A DNA stretch of 64,000 nt from Guillardia theta CCMP2712 (lineage: Eukaryota > Protista > Cryptophyta). This document shows positions 50,100-63,233 of this stretch, one piece after another. The stretch lies in assembly GCF_000315625.1 (NCBI RefSeq), contig NW_005434472.1:1-64000 (forward strand), read 5' to 3'. The notes beneath the pieces were generated by a model, which saw only the letters and a program-made list of their open reading frames with translations, did not search any database and was not told where the DNA came from. The translations under genes and the position numbers were made by a program. Position 1 is the first letter of the stretch. Every line of letters starts with the position of its first letter.

Positions 50100-53000
50100 T
50101 AAGTGAAGGGAAGAGCAACCGAAGTCTCCACCCCCGTGAGGTCCCTCGTGATGCTCGACTCCTGCCCTTGACCCTCAGCGGTACACTTCCTCCTCTCTGC
50201 CGACTCACGAAGGTCTTGCCGACGACTCCTACCGCTCCGAGCACGTGCCTCAACTTCCTATTGGTCCTCTGTTGAACGGCCATACGATGAGAGGCAGGAT
50301 AGGGAAGGGCAGGAGCAGGGGAAGCGAGAGGAGGGATAGAGGGGGAGATAGTCACGGACAGGGAGGGAGAGAAAGAAGGGAAGCGGGGAGAGGAGGGTGT
50401 TGATGGAGAAAGAACTCGCCTCCTTCGACTCGCACATCCTTGTCAGAGCCTCACAGTTCAACGTTAACCTTGCAATCTCTTCCTTGGCCTTGGCAACCTG
50501 CGGGGATGTGAGTGAGGGGAGCCGAAAGCGTGGGAAGCAGCGTCACGTCCGATTCGAGGAGCTGGATGTGTTGGCCCTGCTCTCTGATCTTCGCGTCTCT
50601 CGCTTCAAGATTCCTTATCAGCTCGCCGCAGAAACTTTTGGGGGTCAGTCAGTGGACGTCAAACGGCGCGGGAAATCATACCGGCAAAGCCAATCGACAT
50701 CGAGGAAGAAGAGGCTCAGCTCTTCCATCCACCCCACCAACGAGTCTCGCAGTGCAGACTCTCGTCCTCGAGACTGATCCAAGGCCAACGAGCCCTGAGC
50801 CAGGAGCTCCTGTCCACGGCTATCAGCTCCTCCCCTTTCGCAGCACGTTCAACTCGCTCACTTGCAGCCTTGTCACGAGCTGCTCGTTCTCACTGTTCTT
50901 TGCCTCCAAAGAGTCTTTCAGCTCACTCATGATCGACTGATGGGACCACAAGTAAGGTCGCAACCCAGGGCTGTTGAAGGGCGAGGCACGTACCAGCTCA
51001 TCGGCCAGCACTCGTTTCTGCGACTTGACGTTGCCCAGCTCGAGTTGCAGGCCCCGGATCAATTCGCTCTCCCTGAGAAATTCTCGCTGGAAACGAGTCA
51101 GCTCCTCCAAGTGTTGCCGAGAGAGAGAGTCGAGCCGCGATTGTTGATCTCTGAATTCCAGGATCTGTCGACTGCTCTCGGCTTCCTTCCTCTGGGCCTC
51201 AAGCGCTTCCCGCTCGTCCCTCGCCCTCTGTGGATCAAGTTGTCAGAAGACACCTTCAAAGTGACTTACCCGGACACCTCTTGGCTCTCCCTCCAACCGC
51301 ACAGGCCGGAGGACAGGAGCAGCTTCCTGTTGGCAGCATCGCGATCGAGTTGGAACGACTTGAGATGGCACACACGATCTGACCAGCACACGAGGACACT
51401 TTTCGACATTCGCCATCGCTGCCGATTGAGAAGGATACAAAGAATATTCTTGTACTTCAGCGAGGCCCTGCTCGTTTCCTTCCACTGATTCCACGACACC
51501 GCGAGATCCAGTCGTTTCCATCGCAGCATAACTCGTGCACCAATCATTCCGAGTCGGTCAGCAAACGAGTAGACCTTGACCCAAGCCCCAAACGATTGCG
51601 ACAGAGCATTTCGATTCTTCATGCTGCTTCCAAGACGAACATCCTTGATAGTGGGCAGCTGACAATGAAAGCGAATAAATGCCGAGGCCTTTAGTCTCAT
51701 CAAGTGACCGGCAACGCAGCGACTGATAATAAACTTGCAAGTCTTTCCGAAAGCAACAGAGTTCGACCAATTTCTGATCACCATCCTCAGCAACATAAAA
51801 GAGGAGAAAACATCGAAAGAAGACTTGCGTGGTACATCCACATCAAGAGATAGTCTCCAAACATCAAAGGCCCTCGCCATCCCTCCCTTCGCCCACCGCG
51901 TCGCTGTCCGCCTCCCTATCCGTCGCAGCTCTTGCTTCCTCTGCACGTGCTCCATCCAGCCTCCCAGAGACGTCGCCAGGCTCAGCCCCCGCCACCGCTT
52001 GATGATCTGCTGTCCTGTGACCCGCCGGGTCTTGACCTGCTCGCACAGCCCCTCCCAGGACCTCAAGCTCCCGACCAGCGTCAGCCTCAGGTCGATCTTC
52101 CGGAAGCTCGAGCCGATCCTGCTTATCGTCTCCTCCATCAGCCTCCTGGCCTCCGTTACCTCTGCCCAGCTTGTCCAGCTCTCGCCCAGCCGGAGCTTGC
52201 TCCACCGCCGGACGATCTTGCCCGCTCGCTCTCGCATGGCGACCCGTCGGTCGACGTTGGCTATCCACCCTTGCATGGCTGCCGCGAGTTTGCTATTCCA
52301 TATCCTCCTGGCTGCCTTGTCTAGGCTCTCCTGCTGGCTCTGCGACACCTCTAGAGCGCTCGTCCACGTCTCGAAGCAGTACATCACGCGCCCGTGTACC
52401 CATCGTCTCAATACCCGACTGCACACTCGCTGTAGCGCCTGCCGCCTCGCATGGTCCGCTTTCCAGCTGCTCAGCCCCCGCCAGAGCAGCCCCTTCTGCC
52501 ACCGGCCTGCACATCGCTGCAGCACCATCCTCGCATGTCCCTCCTCTACCCAGTGCTCTACCCACCTGCTGTAGCACTTGCCCAGGCTCCGCTGTAGCCA
52601 CCGCCGAGCGACGCTCCGTCCTTTCTCGCGCAGCGCCTTGCCTCGTATGTGCGCCCTTGCCAGGGCTCGTAGCGCTCGCGTGCAAGCCCTCCTGCGCCGA
52701 CCCTCCACGTGTACCTGCAGAGCCTCCCAGCGACCCTTGCGGTCGCTGATGCCGTCGCGTAGAGCCCGCGAGCCCTCCCAGGCCTCCTTCAGCCTGTTGA
52801 AGCACCTCCATACTGCCAGGTTCCGTACCCTCCGCAGCGCCTTGCAGGTGATCTGCTTGAGCTCCTTCTTGTGTGCCCATGACTCTCCCCAGCCTGCCAT
52901 AGCCCTCGACGAGCACAGCCGCTCCCTCCGACCCGCCGCCCTCGCGTGCATCCTCCGGACAGTCGCGCGTCGGGCGGTCTCGTCGCGCCACCCGCGGAAG

Positions 53001-56000
53001 CTCTTGCTCTTGTACAGGTGGTTGAAGATGGCCATGTTCAGGTCAGCCTCTCCCCCGCTTGACTGCCGAAGGCTCTGGTGCGATACCCAGCTCTCGAAGG
53101 CCCTCGCCATCCCTCCCTTCGCCCACCGCGTCGCTGTCCGCCTCCCTATCCGTCGCAGCTCTTGCTTCCTCTGCACGTGCTCCATCCAGCCTCCCAGAGA
53201 CGTCGCCAGGCTCAGCCCCCGCCACCGCTTGATGATCTGCTGTCCTGTGACCCGCCGGGTCTTGACCTGCTCGCACAGCCCCTCCCAGGACCTCAAGCTC
53301 CCGACCAGCGTCAGCCTCAGGTCGATCTTCCGGAAGCTCGAGCCGATCCTGCTTATCGTCTCCTCCATCAGCCTCCTGGCCTCCGTTACCTCTGCCCAGC
53401 TTGTCCAGCTCTCGCCCAGCCGGAGCTTGCTCCACCGCCGGACGATCTTGCCCGCTCGCTCTCGCATGGCGACCCGTCGGTCGACGTTGGCTATCCACCC
53501 TTGCATGGCTGCCGCAAGTTTGCTATTCTTGAATGTCAGAGAAATCTTGAGCAATACGCGGTCAGTTTGAAGTGTGTCTTTCCACATCTCGAAGCAGGAC
53601 ATCACGCGCCCGTGTACCCATCGTCTCAATACCCGACTGCATACTCGCTGTAGCGCCTGCCGCCTCGCATGGTCCGCTTTCCAGCTGCTCAGCCCCCGCC
53701 AGAGCAGCCCCTTCTGCCACCGGCCTGCACATCGCTGCAGCACCATCCTCGCATGTCCCTCCTCTACCCAGTGCTCTACCCACCTGCTGTAGCACTTGCC
53801 CAGGCTCCGCTGTAGCCACCGCCGAGCGACGCTCCGTCCTTTCTCGCGCAGCGCCTTGCCTCGTATGTGCGCCCTTGCCAGGGCTCGTAGCGCTCGCGTG
53901 CAAGCCCTCCTGCGCCGACCCTCCACGTGTACCTGCAGAGCCTCCCAGCGACCCTTGCGGTCGCTGATGCCGTCGCGTAGAGCCCGCGAGCCCTCCCAGG
54001 CCTCCTTCAGCCTGTTGAAGCACCTCCATACTGCCAGGTTCCGTACCCTCCGCAGCGCCTTGCAGGTGATCTGCTTGAGCTCCTTCTTGTGTGCCCATGA
54101 CTCTCCCCAGCCTGCCATAGCCCTCGACGAGCACAGCCGCTCCCTCCGACCCGCCGCCCTCGCGTGCATCCTCCGGACAGTCGCGCGTCGGGCGGTCTCG
54201 TCGCGCCACCCGCGGAAGCTCTTGCTCTTGTACAGGTGGTTGAAGATGGCCATGTTCAGGTCAGCCTCTCCCCCGCTTGACTGCCGAAGGCTCTGGTGCG
54301 ATACCCAGCTCTCGAAGGCCCTCGCCATCCCTCCCTTCGCCCACCGCGTCGCTGTCCGCCTCCCTATCCGTCGCAGCTCTTGCTTCCTCTGCACGTGCTC
54401 CATCCAGCCTCCCAGAGACGTCGCCAGGCTCAGCCCCCGCCACCGCTTGATGATCTGCTGTCCTGTGACCCGCCGGGTCTTGACCTGCTCGCACAGCCCC
54501 TCCCAGGACCTCAAGCTCCCGACCAGCGTCAGCCTCAGGTCGATCTTCCGGAAGCTCGAGCCGATCCTGCTTATCGTCTCCTCCATCAGCCTCCTGGCCT
54601 CCGTTACCTCTGCCCAGCTTGTCCAGCTCTCGCCCAGCCGGAGCTTGCTCCACCGCCGGACGATCTTGCCCGCTCGCTCTCGCATGGCGACCCGTCGGTC
54701 GACGTTGGCTATCCACCCTTGCATGGCTGCCGCGAGTTTGCTATTCCATATCCTCCTGGCTGCCTTGTCTAGGCTCTCCTGCTGGCTCTGCGACACCTCT
54801 AGAGCGCTCGTCCACGTCTCGAAGCAGTACATCACGCGCCCGTGTACCCATCGTCTCAATACCCGACTGCACACTCGCTGTAGCGCCTGCCGCCTCGCAT
54901 GGTCCGCTTTCCAGCTGCTCAGCCCCCGCCAGAGCAGCCCCTTCTGCCACCGGCCTGCACATCGCTGCAGCACCATCCTCGCATGTCCCTCCTCTACCCA
55001 GTGCTCTACCCACCTGCTGTAGCACTTGCCCAGGCTCCGCTGTAGCCACCGCCGAGCGACGCTCCGTCCTTTCTCGCGCAGCGCCTTGCCTCGTATGTGC
55101 GCCCTTGCCAGGGCTCGTAGCGCTCGCGTGCAAGCCCTCCTGCGCCGACCCTCCACGTGTACCTGCAGAGCCTCCCAGCGACCCTTGCGGTCGCTGATGC
55201 CGTCGCGTAGGGCCCGCGAGCCCTCCCAGGCCTCCTTCAGCCTGTTGAAGCACCTCCATACTGCCAGGTTCCGTACCCTCCGCAGCGCCTTGCAGGTGAT
55301 CTGCTTGAGCTCCTTCTTGTGCGCCCATGACTCTCCCCAGCCTGCCATAGCCCTCGACGAGCACAGCCGCTCCCTCCGACCCGCCGCCCTCGCGTGCATC
55401 CTCCGGACAGTCGCGCGTCGGGCGGTCTCGTCGCGCCACCCGCGGAAGCTCTTGCTCTTGTACAGGTGGTTGAAGATGGCCATGTTCAGGTCAGCCTCTC
55501 CCCCGCTTGACTGCCGAAGGCTCTGGTGCGATACCCAGCTCTCGAAGGCCCTCGCCATCCCTCCCTTCGCCCACCGCGTCGCTGTCCGCCTCCCTATCCG
55601 TCGCAGCTCTTGCTTCCTCTGCACGTGCTCCATCCAGCCTCCCAGAGACGTCGCCAGGCTCAGCCCCCGCCACCGCTTGATGATCTGCTGTCCTGTGACC
55701 CGCCGGGTCTTGACCTGCTCGCACAGCCCCTCCCAGGACCTCAAGCTCCCGACCAGCGTCAGCCTCAGGTCGATCTTCCGGAAGCTCGAGCCGATCCTGC
55801 TTATCGTCTCCTCCATCAGCCTCCTGGCCTCCGTTACCTCTGCCCAGCTTGTCCAGCTCTCGCCCAGCCGGAGCTTGCTCCATCTGTTTAGGATCGACAC
55901 ACATTTTGTTTTGGTCTGCTTTCGCGATTTTGTGTGTTTTATCCATTGATCTACTGCATTTTGGAGAATTTTTGTTTTGCACATCACGTCACAGTACGAT

Positions 56001-59000
56001 GATATTCGTGATTTTAATGTAACGGGGGCTCCATCAGAATCGGCGTCTGTTTGACTCTGGAATATACGGTTGACCAGCAACTTCTCTGAACGTTTGAATC
56101 TTTGATGATTCTCGAACCACAAATGTATCAATTTCGCGCCGGTAGAGCAAGACTTGAATTTCGATTTTAGTTCAAAAATCTTGTTCCAATCTTGTACCGC
56201 TATTAACATGCATTTCCATATTCCCATGGCATGACTCAGACATGAGCTGATCCGCATTTTTCCGCATCTGAACATGACTTGGGCTCTGTGGTTCCTGGTA
56301 CTCACTGCATGCTGTCGGAGAATAAACCAGCATTTTCTAGTTCCAAGGAAGTTTTGCGCTGCCTTAGCAAAGCCAGCTTTCTTCTGTTGTTCTTCATTGA
56401 AGACACAAATCTCTTCCAAAAACCCAACGACACGCGATTTCGCTCGCTCTAGAGTTTTTATGAACATTCGCCTTGCGATTGCGACTAGATACAATTTTCC
56501 ATCCTTTTGTGATGGATTTGAGCATCCTAGTCTTCTTCGAAGCTTTAATTTTCTGCAATTTTTTCTGCAACAATTTGTTCTTGCAAACATGATATTTCCA
56601 CTGATTGAACAACACTCTGCTGTACCTTGATGAATTCACCTGTGCAACGGATTGAATGGAAGTGATTTTCTTATTTTATGCTTTCTGCTTTGGACGCTTG
56701 AAAGAAAAAGTCTGACCCATGCCTTGAGTGCATATCTGAGTCTTCGCTTCAAAAGCATCTTGGATGAAACAGTTGAAACTAAGATAACTTTTGACGAGAC
56801 TCCACTGGCATTCCGCCAGTCATTGAATGCCGCGGAAGACGAAAGGCGCCTTCTATTATGAGCAAGCAAAGAAACACGATATTGAATAGCTTCTTTCTCA
56901 CAATCTTGTTGTTTCCAAATTTCAAAATGGTTCAGAAGGCAAACATACTGTTGTTTAAGAGAAATCTTTTTGCCATTCTGGACCTTCTCTTCAACCCTTG
57001 AAGCGCGGCAAATGCCTTACAAGAGCATCGTACCATTGAGTTGCCTCGTATTCTTCCCTCTTTCATCTTTCTACCTTTCTTTTGAACGATGTAATGCATC
57101 CACATGTTGAACAAGGTTTTCAAGCCCATCAGTCTTGCTTTTGATATCCGAAAGTGCCTTTGCTTCTTGTACAAACACCTCCATGCCCAAGCATCGAAAT
57201 ACTCGGCCAATTGACTTGTACGGTTTCGTGAATTCACACGTTTCAACACAAACTTCCGCACAGAGGGTGGCAACCCATCTCCATACAAGTCTTCCCATCC
57301 CGATGAACCTGACAGCCGATCGGCGACGAAATTGAGCTGCTCTTCTTCCTCACCAGACTGTAACATTCGTTGGAAAGAATCATGAGTGGGATTCATGACG
57401 GGCCCTGTTTCCAATTTCTCGATTGCGCTGGGCTCCAGGGCCCGGCTAGGGTTCATCTCAAGTCTCTGCACATCAGAAACGGGGTTTGGAGAAGACTCCG
57501 CCATCGCCTCGTGGTCTTTTCGTACTTGCAGTTGTTGGTACTTCTCTCTCTCCGAACAAAGCACTTGCTGGAGTTCGTCATGCTGCTGGCTGAGGGTAGC
57601 ATACGCATCCTTTGAGGCTTGAAGATCCTCCTGCAACTTTTTGGCCTCCATCGCTAGCGAGTTTGATTTTGACTTCAGCATCTCTGCCAAAGAATCCGTC
57701 CTGTCCTTTGCCTCTTGGACCAACAAATCGCTCGCATGCAGCTGTTCTTGCAATGCTACAATCTCTCCATCCTTAGCCTGCAAGTGCATGCTCATCTCTT
57801 CCAACATCCTCTTATCTCCGTCACAGCGGACTTCCATTATCTGTAGGTCTTCCTCGAGCCTTTGCTTCTCTGTCTGCCACTGATGGCTGAGTTGCATGAA
57901 TTCTTCTCCAAAGAGTTTCGCTTGGTTCTCAACCATTTCCCTTCTCTTCTTTTCGTTTTCCAGTTCCCTCAGGAGTGCTTCAATGTCTTGCTGCAGCCTG
58001 TCGTCCTCGTGGCCACGAGCACACGGGGTCTGCAAGAGCATCCTTTCCCCTCATGATGGCTGTGAACCAGAGACTTGTCAAGAAGGAGACTCTCGTTAGG
58101 GTGTAGGTTCTCAAAGCACTTCTCGATTGAATCGATCGCATGCTGCATATGCTCTATCCGCTGATTCAAATTCTCTTCGCCTGAAGTTCCCTCGACCCCC
58201 TCCTCTCCATCGATTTCGTGCAGAATCTCCTGTGTTTCATTAATGTTGCTCTCTAACTCGGCTTCCAGCGCACATATGGTCCGCCGCATGTGCTCCTGCA
58301 GGAGTTCATGGTTGGATTCTAGCTGAGAGAACTTCTGTTCTATCTTTGAGATCAACGTCCCCACTCCTCTGTACAGGCGAGCTTCTTCCAGGAGCAGGTA
58401 CATGTCCTTGGTCTGAACGCTCTCTCAGTAACTCACATGAGCCAACCAACTTCAGACGATCTCACATCCTCAACGAAGTTCAAGGGAGCTCTCACGCACA
58501 CGACGACCTGCTCCAATCCGCTGCCGGCCCTGCGGACTTTGAGGGACACCTGTCGTGGAGCTCAGGGTCAGTCGAGACGTCGTCTTGATGCTTCAGCACC
58601 TTTGAGCCGACTATGTTGCTTCCTCGAACTGCATCAACAACGGTCTCTGGATCGACGGGCCTATCATCCACCGCCAGAATCTGATCGTCGATTTCAAGCC
58701 TGCACAAAGTTCAGGGTCGGTCGCTTTTCTCGCAGGACCAAAGGCTCACTTCTTCCCCACTATCGGCCTGGAGCCAGGAGATCCCGGTATGACAAACTTG
58801 ACCCGACAGCCTGTCAATATGACCCCAATAGTTGTACCAGTGCTCCCTGAAATGACAAAGGCGTGCTCCCGCTGAAACTCCGCGATGACTTCTTTTGGAT
58901 TTCTCTGTGAGGACGCAGATTAGTAGGCAGATAGGCAGGAAAGCAACACATGCAGAACAGATGCACGAGGAAAACGATCGAAGAGAGTGATTCATTGTGT
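50100..59000 (-). CDS. Giant PDZ + coiled-coil + Sfi1-repeat (centrin-binding) cytoskeletal protein with C-terminal coiled coil
   Basis: PDZ-like TIGVILTGCRVKFVIPGSPG..|LEIDDQILAVDDRPV..AVRGSNIVGSKV (~58840-58590); coiled-coil ORFs 57969-58403 and 56932-58041; 1774-aa ORF with L/F-x2-W motifs at 33-aa spacing; coiled-coil exons 51110-50200. Ends and single-gene status inferred. Confidence 0.7.
51866..55881 (-). repeat. Near-identical coding tandem repeat, 1230/1218/1230-bp units (about 3.3 copies)
   Basis: CCCTCGCCATCCCTCCCTTC at about 51871, 53101, 54319, 55549. Confidence 0.93.
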
Positions 59001-60181
59001 ACAACACAAGCAGAATATCAATCCTACACACGTCCAATAGGACAGCTTTGAATTTTTGAACCTTGAAATGCATACCCACAGCCCTCCTCTCATGCTGCAG
59101 ACATCGCTCGCACGGCTTCGCATACAGTCATCCTCCCATCATACCATGAACTTCGCAGCTCGCATCTGCTTCTCCATAGCCTTCGCCGCCATCACCGCCG
59201 CCACCGCTCCCTTGAGCTTCAACATTTTCCCCCGGCAGAGCAGGACCCCCTACCCCGAACACTCTTCACTTTTAGCACCCCTTCTTTTCACTTCAAACTA
59301 CCCTACCTTCTCTACAGTAGTGCATCGCTATCACCCCACCCATACGTCAGTCCATATCGGGCACAAGTCGGCTGGGGTGGGTCAGTGAGTACTCATCTTG
59401 GGGGGTGGGTCAGTACCTCCTTTCCGGAGCTGTGGAAGAATTATAGTGGGGTGGGGGTCATAACGACAATCAGTCCGTTGTTTATGCCTGGGGTAGTATT
59501 AAGCTAAAAGAAGGGTAGGGGGTCATAGTGAAGGGGTGTATGTATTCAGAAGGGGTAGTCAAATTTGGCGTCTCTTGAAGATGAGGGGAGCGATCAAACA
59601 ATGATTGACGCGAAGAGAAGCGAAGGGAGGGAGGAGGGAGGAGGGAGGTAGGGAGTGAGGAATATTGATGGAGGAAGGGAGGGGAAGGAAGGGAGGAAGG
59701 AGGAAGGAGGAAGGAGGGAGGGAGAAGGGAGGGAGGAGGGAGGAAGGATGGAGGAGGGAGGGAGGAAGGAGGGAGAAGGGGAAGGAAAGGAAAGGCGAGA
59801 GAAGAAACGGGCAGGGAAGAGGGGAAGGGATGAAGGTCGAATGTGAAGGGAGGATAGGAAAGATGCCAGCTTGATGGGACTGAGAAGAGTAGCGTTTGAA
59901 GGAGGAGGTGTGCGTGCAGGGGGCGACCTTGGAGTGAGATGTGAGAAGGGGAGGGGGGTAGGAGATACGAATACAGAAGAGTGCGTGGACGATTTGTGGA
60001 TGCATGACTCGAGACAAGAGGAGAGGTAGCTTCCTCAGGTGCTGGGCCTTGGCAGGAGGTTGTGGGAATTGTAACAGCTGAATCAACGGTTCTTGATGTT
60101 TGCTTGGACAGGTGTTGATCTGCCTATGAGAATGAATCCGAAATCCCGAGCTTGTTTGTGAAGAGTCTGATGCAAAGAGAG

Positions 60182-63164
60182 ATGATTAGACTCTTACTCT
60201 TACTCATCTGCTTGATCGGCCCCTGCCATGGTCAATTCCGTGGAGGGTCCCTCGCATGGGAGGTGCTAGACTACGAGCAGAATCTTGTTCGGTTCACGTT
60301 GAGATCTTCATGGATCAGATCTTCAGGCACATTCGTCAAAGTTGTGAACGGGGTCGCCGTCCCCATGGATGGATACCAGCCGGTGGTGGGAGATGTGGTG
60401 AGAGTTCTGGGTCGACTGACCCCGAAGTTCTTGTTCGAGGAGTCATTCGAGGATTACTTGCACATGACCGTTACCTACAACACGTATCCGTTCGGTTCGA
60501 ACCCTAACTCAGGTCATTACGTAGGAAACTGGACCTTTCTAGGCACGAACTGGATCGAGGGCACGAGTACCTGGGACATCAAGGTCCCGTCCAAGGACAA
60601 GACGTATGTCGCAGAACTGCAGGGTTGCTGTAGGGATGTGCTCGCTGCAGACAGCAACGCTGTGTTGGCCCGCGGGGTTCACGATCAAGCAGAGACTCCT
60701 TTTGTTCTGCGGACGACCGTGTCTCTGAACAAGATCCCGCCCCCTCTGTCCTTCATGCCGTTTTATGCTCCTTTCTTCATCGCCACCACGCAGGTCAACG
60801 CGGAGGTCTACCTCGAGCTTCCTTTTCTTGATTACAACAGCTCCTTCAAGTCGGCACCGAGCACCTGGAACCATGAGGACGAGGCGTGGGCTGCTAACGT
60901 GGAAACTGCCCTCAAAGAGGAGCAGGGAAATCTGGTGCTGCAGCCTCCAGTCATGAAGCAGTTTTCAAACATCTTGCAGCAACCAGATACAATGAATCTG
61001 AACACCCTCCCTCCGCTCAATCCGCCCAAGCCAGTTGCAACCACTCTCAAATTCACTGGAATGAATGTCAGGCTTCTCAGGAATCCGTCTTCGGTTCTGA
61101 CTCTGTTCCCGAGCAACGACTGCACTGGAACAATTCGAGAGCAGATCGTAGTTGGCAAGGACATTTGCCCAGGAGGGCCCATTCAGAATTTCAGCCAGAC
61201 TGGTGTTGGTATCAGGGAGAGCTTGCAATCCATCCTTGTTCCTAGCGGGCTTTCCTTTGCCCTTGTTGACGCATGTGAGTTCTCAGAGACTCCTGCCTGG
61301 GTCTTGAGTTCGGACAATCCCTTCTACTTCGGCGATGTGCTTCAGACCTGTAACAACATGGATGGGACGCAATCGTGCTGCACTGTCACGTCGTCGGTGG
61401 CTTCAAAGCTGAAAGGTTTCAGGGTCGTGGACAGCACTTCCAAGACTGCGCCTTCTATCAACAACATGGTCCAGATCCAATACACCCAGGTTAACGGGCG
61501 GTATGTCATCAAGCTGCAGCCGAAGAATTTGGCGGCTGGCCGCTACCCCATCACTTGTACCATAGCATCGGAGGGCTCCACCATCACAACCGTGGAGTTC
61601 GTTCTCGCTGTATTCCAGAAGCAGCCGAACAACTATTTTGGGCAACAATCGACGATGAATTATCCACAGGTCAGGACTGCAAATCCTCTCGTCAAGACCC
61701 TTTGCTAAACCCTGCGGCAGGAGTTTGTGACATCCACTGGCTTTTCGTTCAACGCTAGTTGGATTCTCAACTCAGAGGTGAGAATTCTGATCGTGCTTCC
61801 TTCAGCTTACCTGCTGACAGAAAAAATTCACTGTTTTCGACAACATCGAAGCCTCGACTTGGGGCAGCAACCGTCCAGTATCAGCTTGGACGCTCCAGGG
61901 ATCGAACTCGATATGGATCCTCCAGTGGCCATCAAGTCCGTGCGTACAGAGCACCGGAATGTTCTTCTACTGCTTCACTGCGGTCATGCAGACAGACAGC
62001 CACGATTGGGAGAACCTGGTGACAAGAATCTGATCTAGCACCATATCACGATGACTTTGAGTGACCGCAGAAATGTTCCCTGATCCGTGTGGTAGTGGAC
62101 CTCGCTCCAAGAATCTCTGTCTTCGAATCCTCTCGTCCCGATGTAGACGCCAACATGTACAGGTTGATTTCAAGCGACAGCAAGTGCGTGCGATCTGACT
62201 CATCCTTTGCAGTGTTTATATGGGCGATCGACTTGAGCTGGTGGTCAAGGCTGCTGACAACCCCCAAGACATGGTGGAGGTACTCGGTCTGACGAAGCTC
62301 GATGTCAACACGGGAGATCGCTTCAGAGGGCGGATCCGGTACGAGTCGGAGCGCGTGGATTTGGTCGGCGGAAGGATGTCCCTCTACTATCCGATCCCAG
62401 GGTTCACCGCCTCCATCCCAAAGCTGACGGAGATTCAGCCGCATCCCTTCATGTCACTGAGCATCGGCGGGCCAAGGAATCTCACGCAGGCGCTGCTGGT
62501 ACCTTATGAGAGGGAGCGTGTCGTTTCTTTCGTGCCTACTCGCCTCCACTCAGGGTAAGTTCCTTTTCCCCACAACCCCCTCCGCCCTGGCGGGTACCCT
62601 GAGCTTGCTCACAGGCTCAATTTCTCCATGTGCTTCCTTGCGATAGACACGAGGGGCCTTTGCAGACCGTACGGGTCGGGCAGCCAGCGTTGCATCCAGA
62701 TCCATGTCCCCAAGTGCAAGTATCTGCTCAGCCAGGGAAGCGACCTAACAAGGGTCGCTGGCTTGTTCCGCACCAACTGGTTTCAGGTACTACCACCAGT
62801 CTGTCCTCCACACTCTGTCTTAAGACTGAAGCCTCAACTCCTGCAGCTGTTTGCTCTGAACCCCTTGTTCACGACCCCCGAAACAGCGCTTGCCACTGAC
62901 TACGTGGTCATTGATATTGGCAAGCACTACACGGTACTACGAGCCCTTCCCAGCCTCTCCCTAAGCTCCCCACCGTAACACCCGCTGCAGATCTCTCCTG
63001 GAGAAACGCTTGCTGGAGTCGCGGAGTTGATGGGAACGGATCTGCAGAGCATGCAGTTCTTCAACACTGAGCTCGCGCCCCAGCGGGAGCCTGGATGGAT
63101 GCTCGAGGTCGTCCCGGGCATGCAGATTTGCGTGTTGCCCGACTCCTGCAAGTCCAACGTGTAG
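60182..63164 (+). CDS. Secreted protein: signal peptide, FRGGSLAW/GCCR N-terminal domain, Ig-like beta domains, two C-terminal LysM-like domains
   Basis: MIRLLLLLICLIGPCHG|QFRGGSLAW; spliced tail YLLSQGSDLTRVAGLFRTNWFQ|LFALNP and YT|ISPGETLAGVAELMGTDLQSMQFFN..VVPGMQICVLP fit the LysM consensus; stop TAG at 63162-63164. Confidence 0.7.
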
Positions 63165-63233
63165 GACTGAAGAGGGGCTGGTGCATGTTGTAATGTTGTA
63201 TTGAGGAAAACAATAGGAAAGGGAAGGAAGAAC

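Noticed and set aside
51735-55949. Repeated plus-strand ORFs of 130-408 aa
   Set aside because: Antisense shadows of the GC-rich Sfi1 repeat
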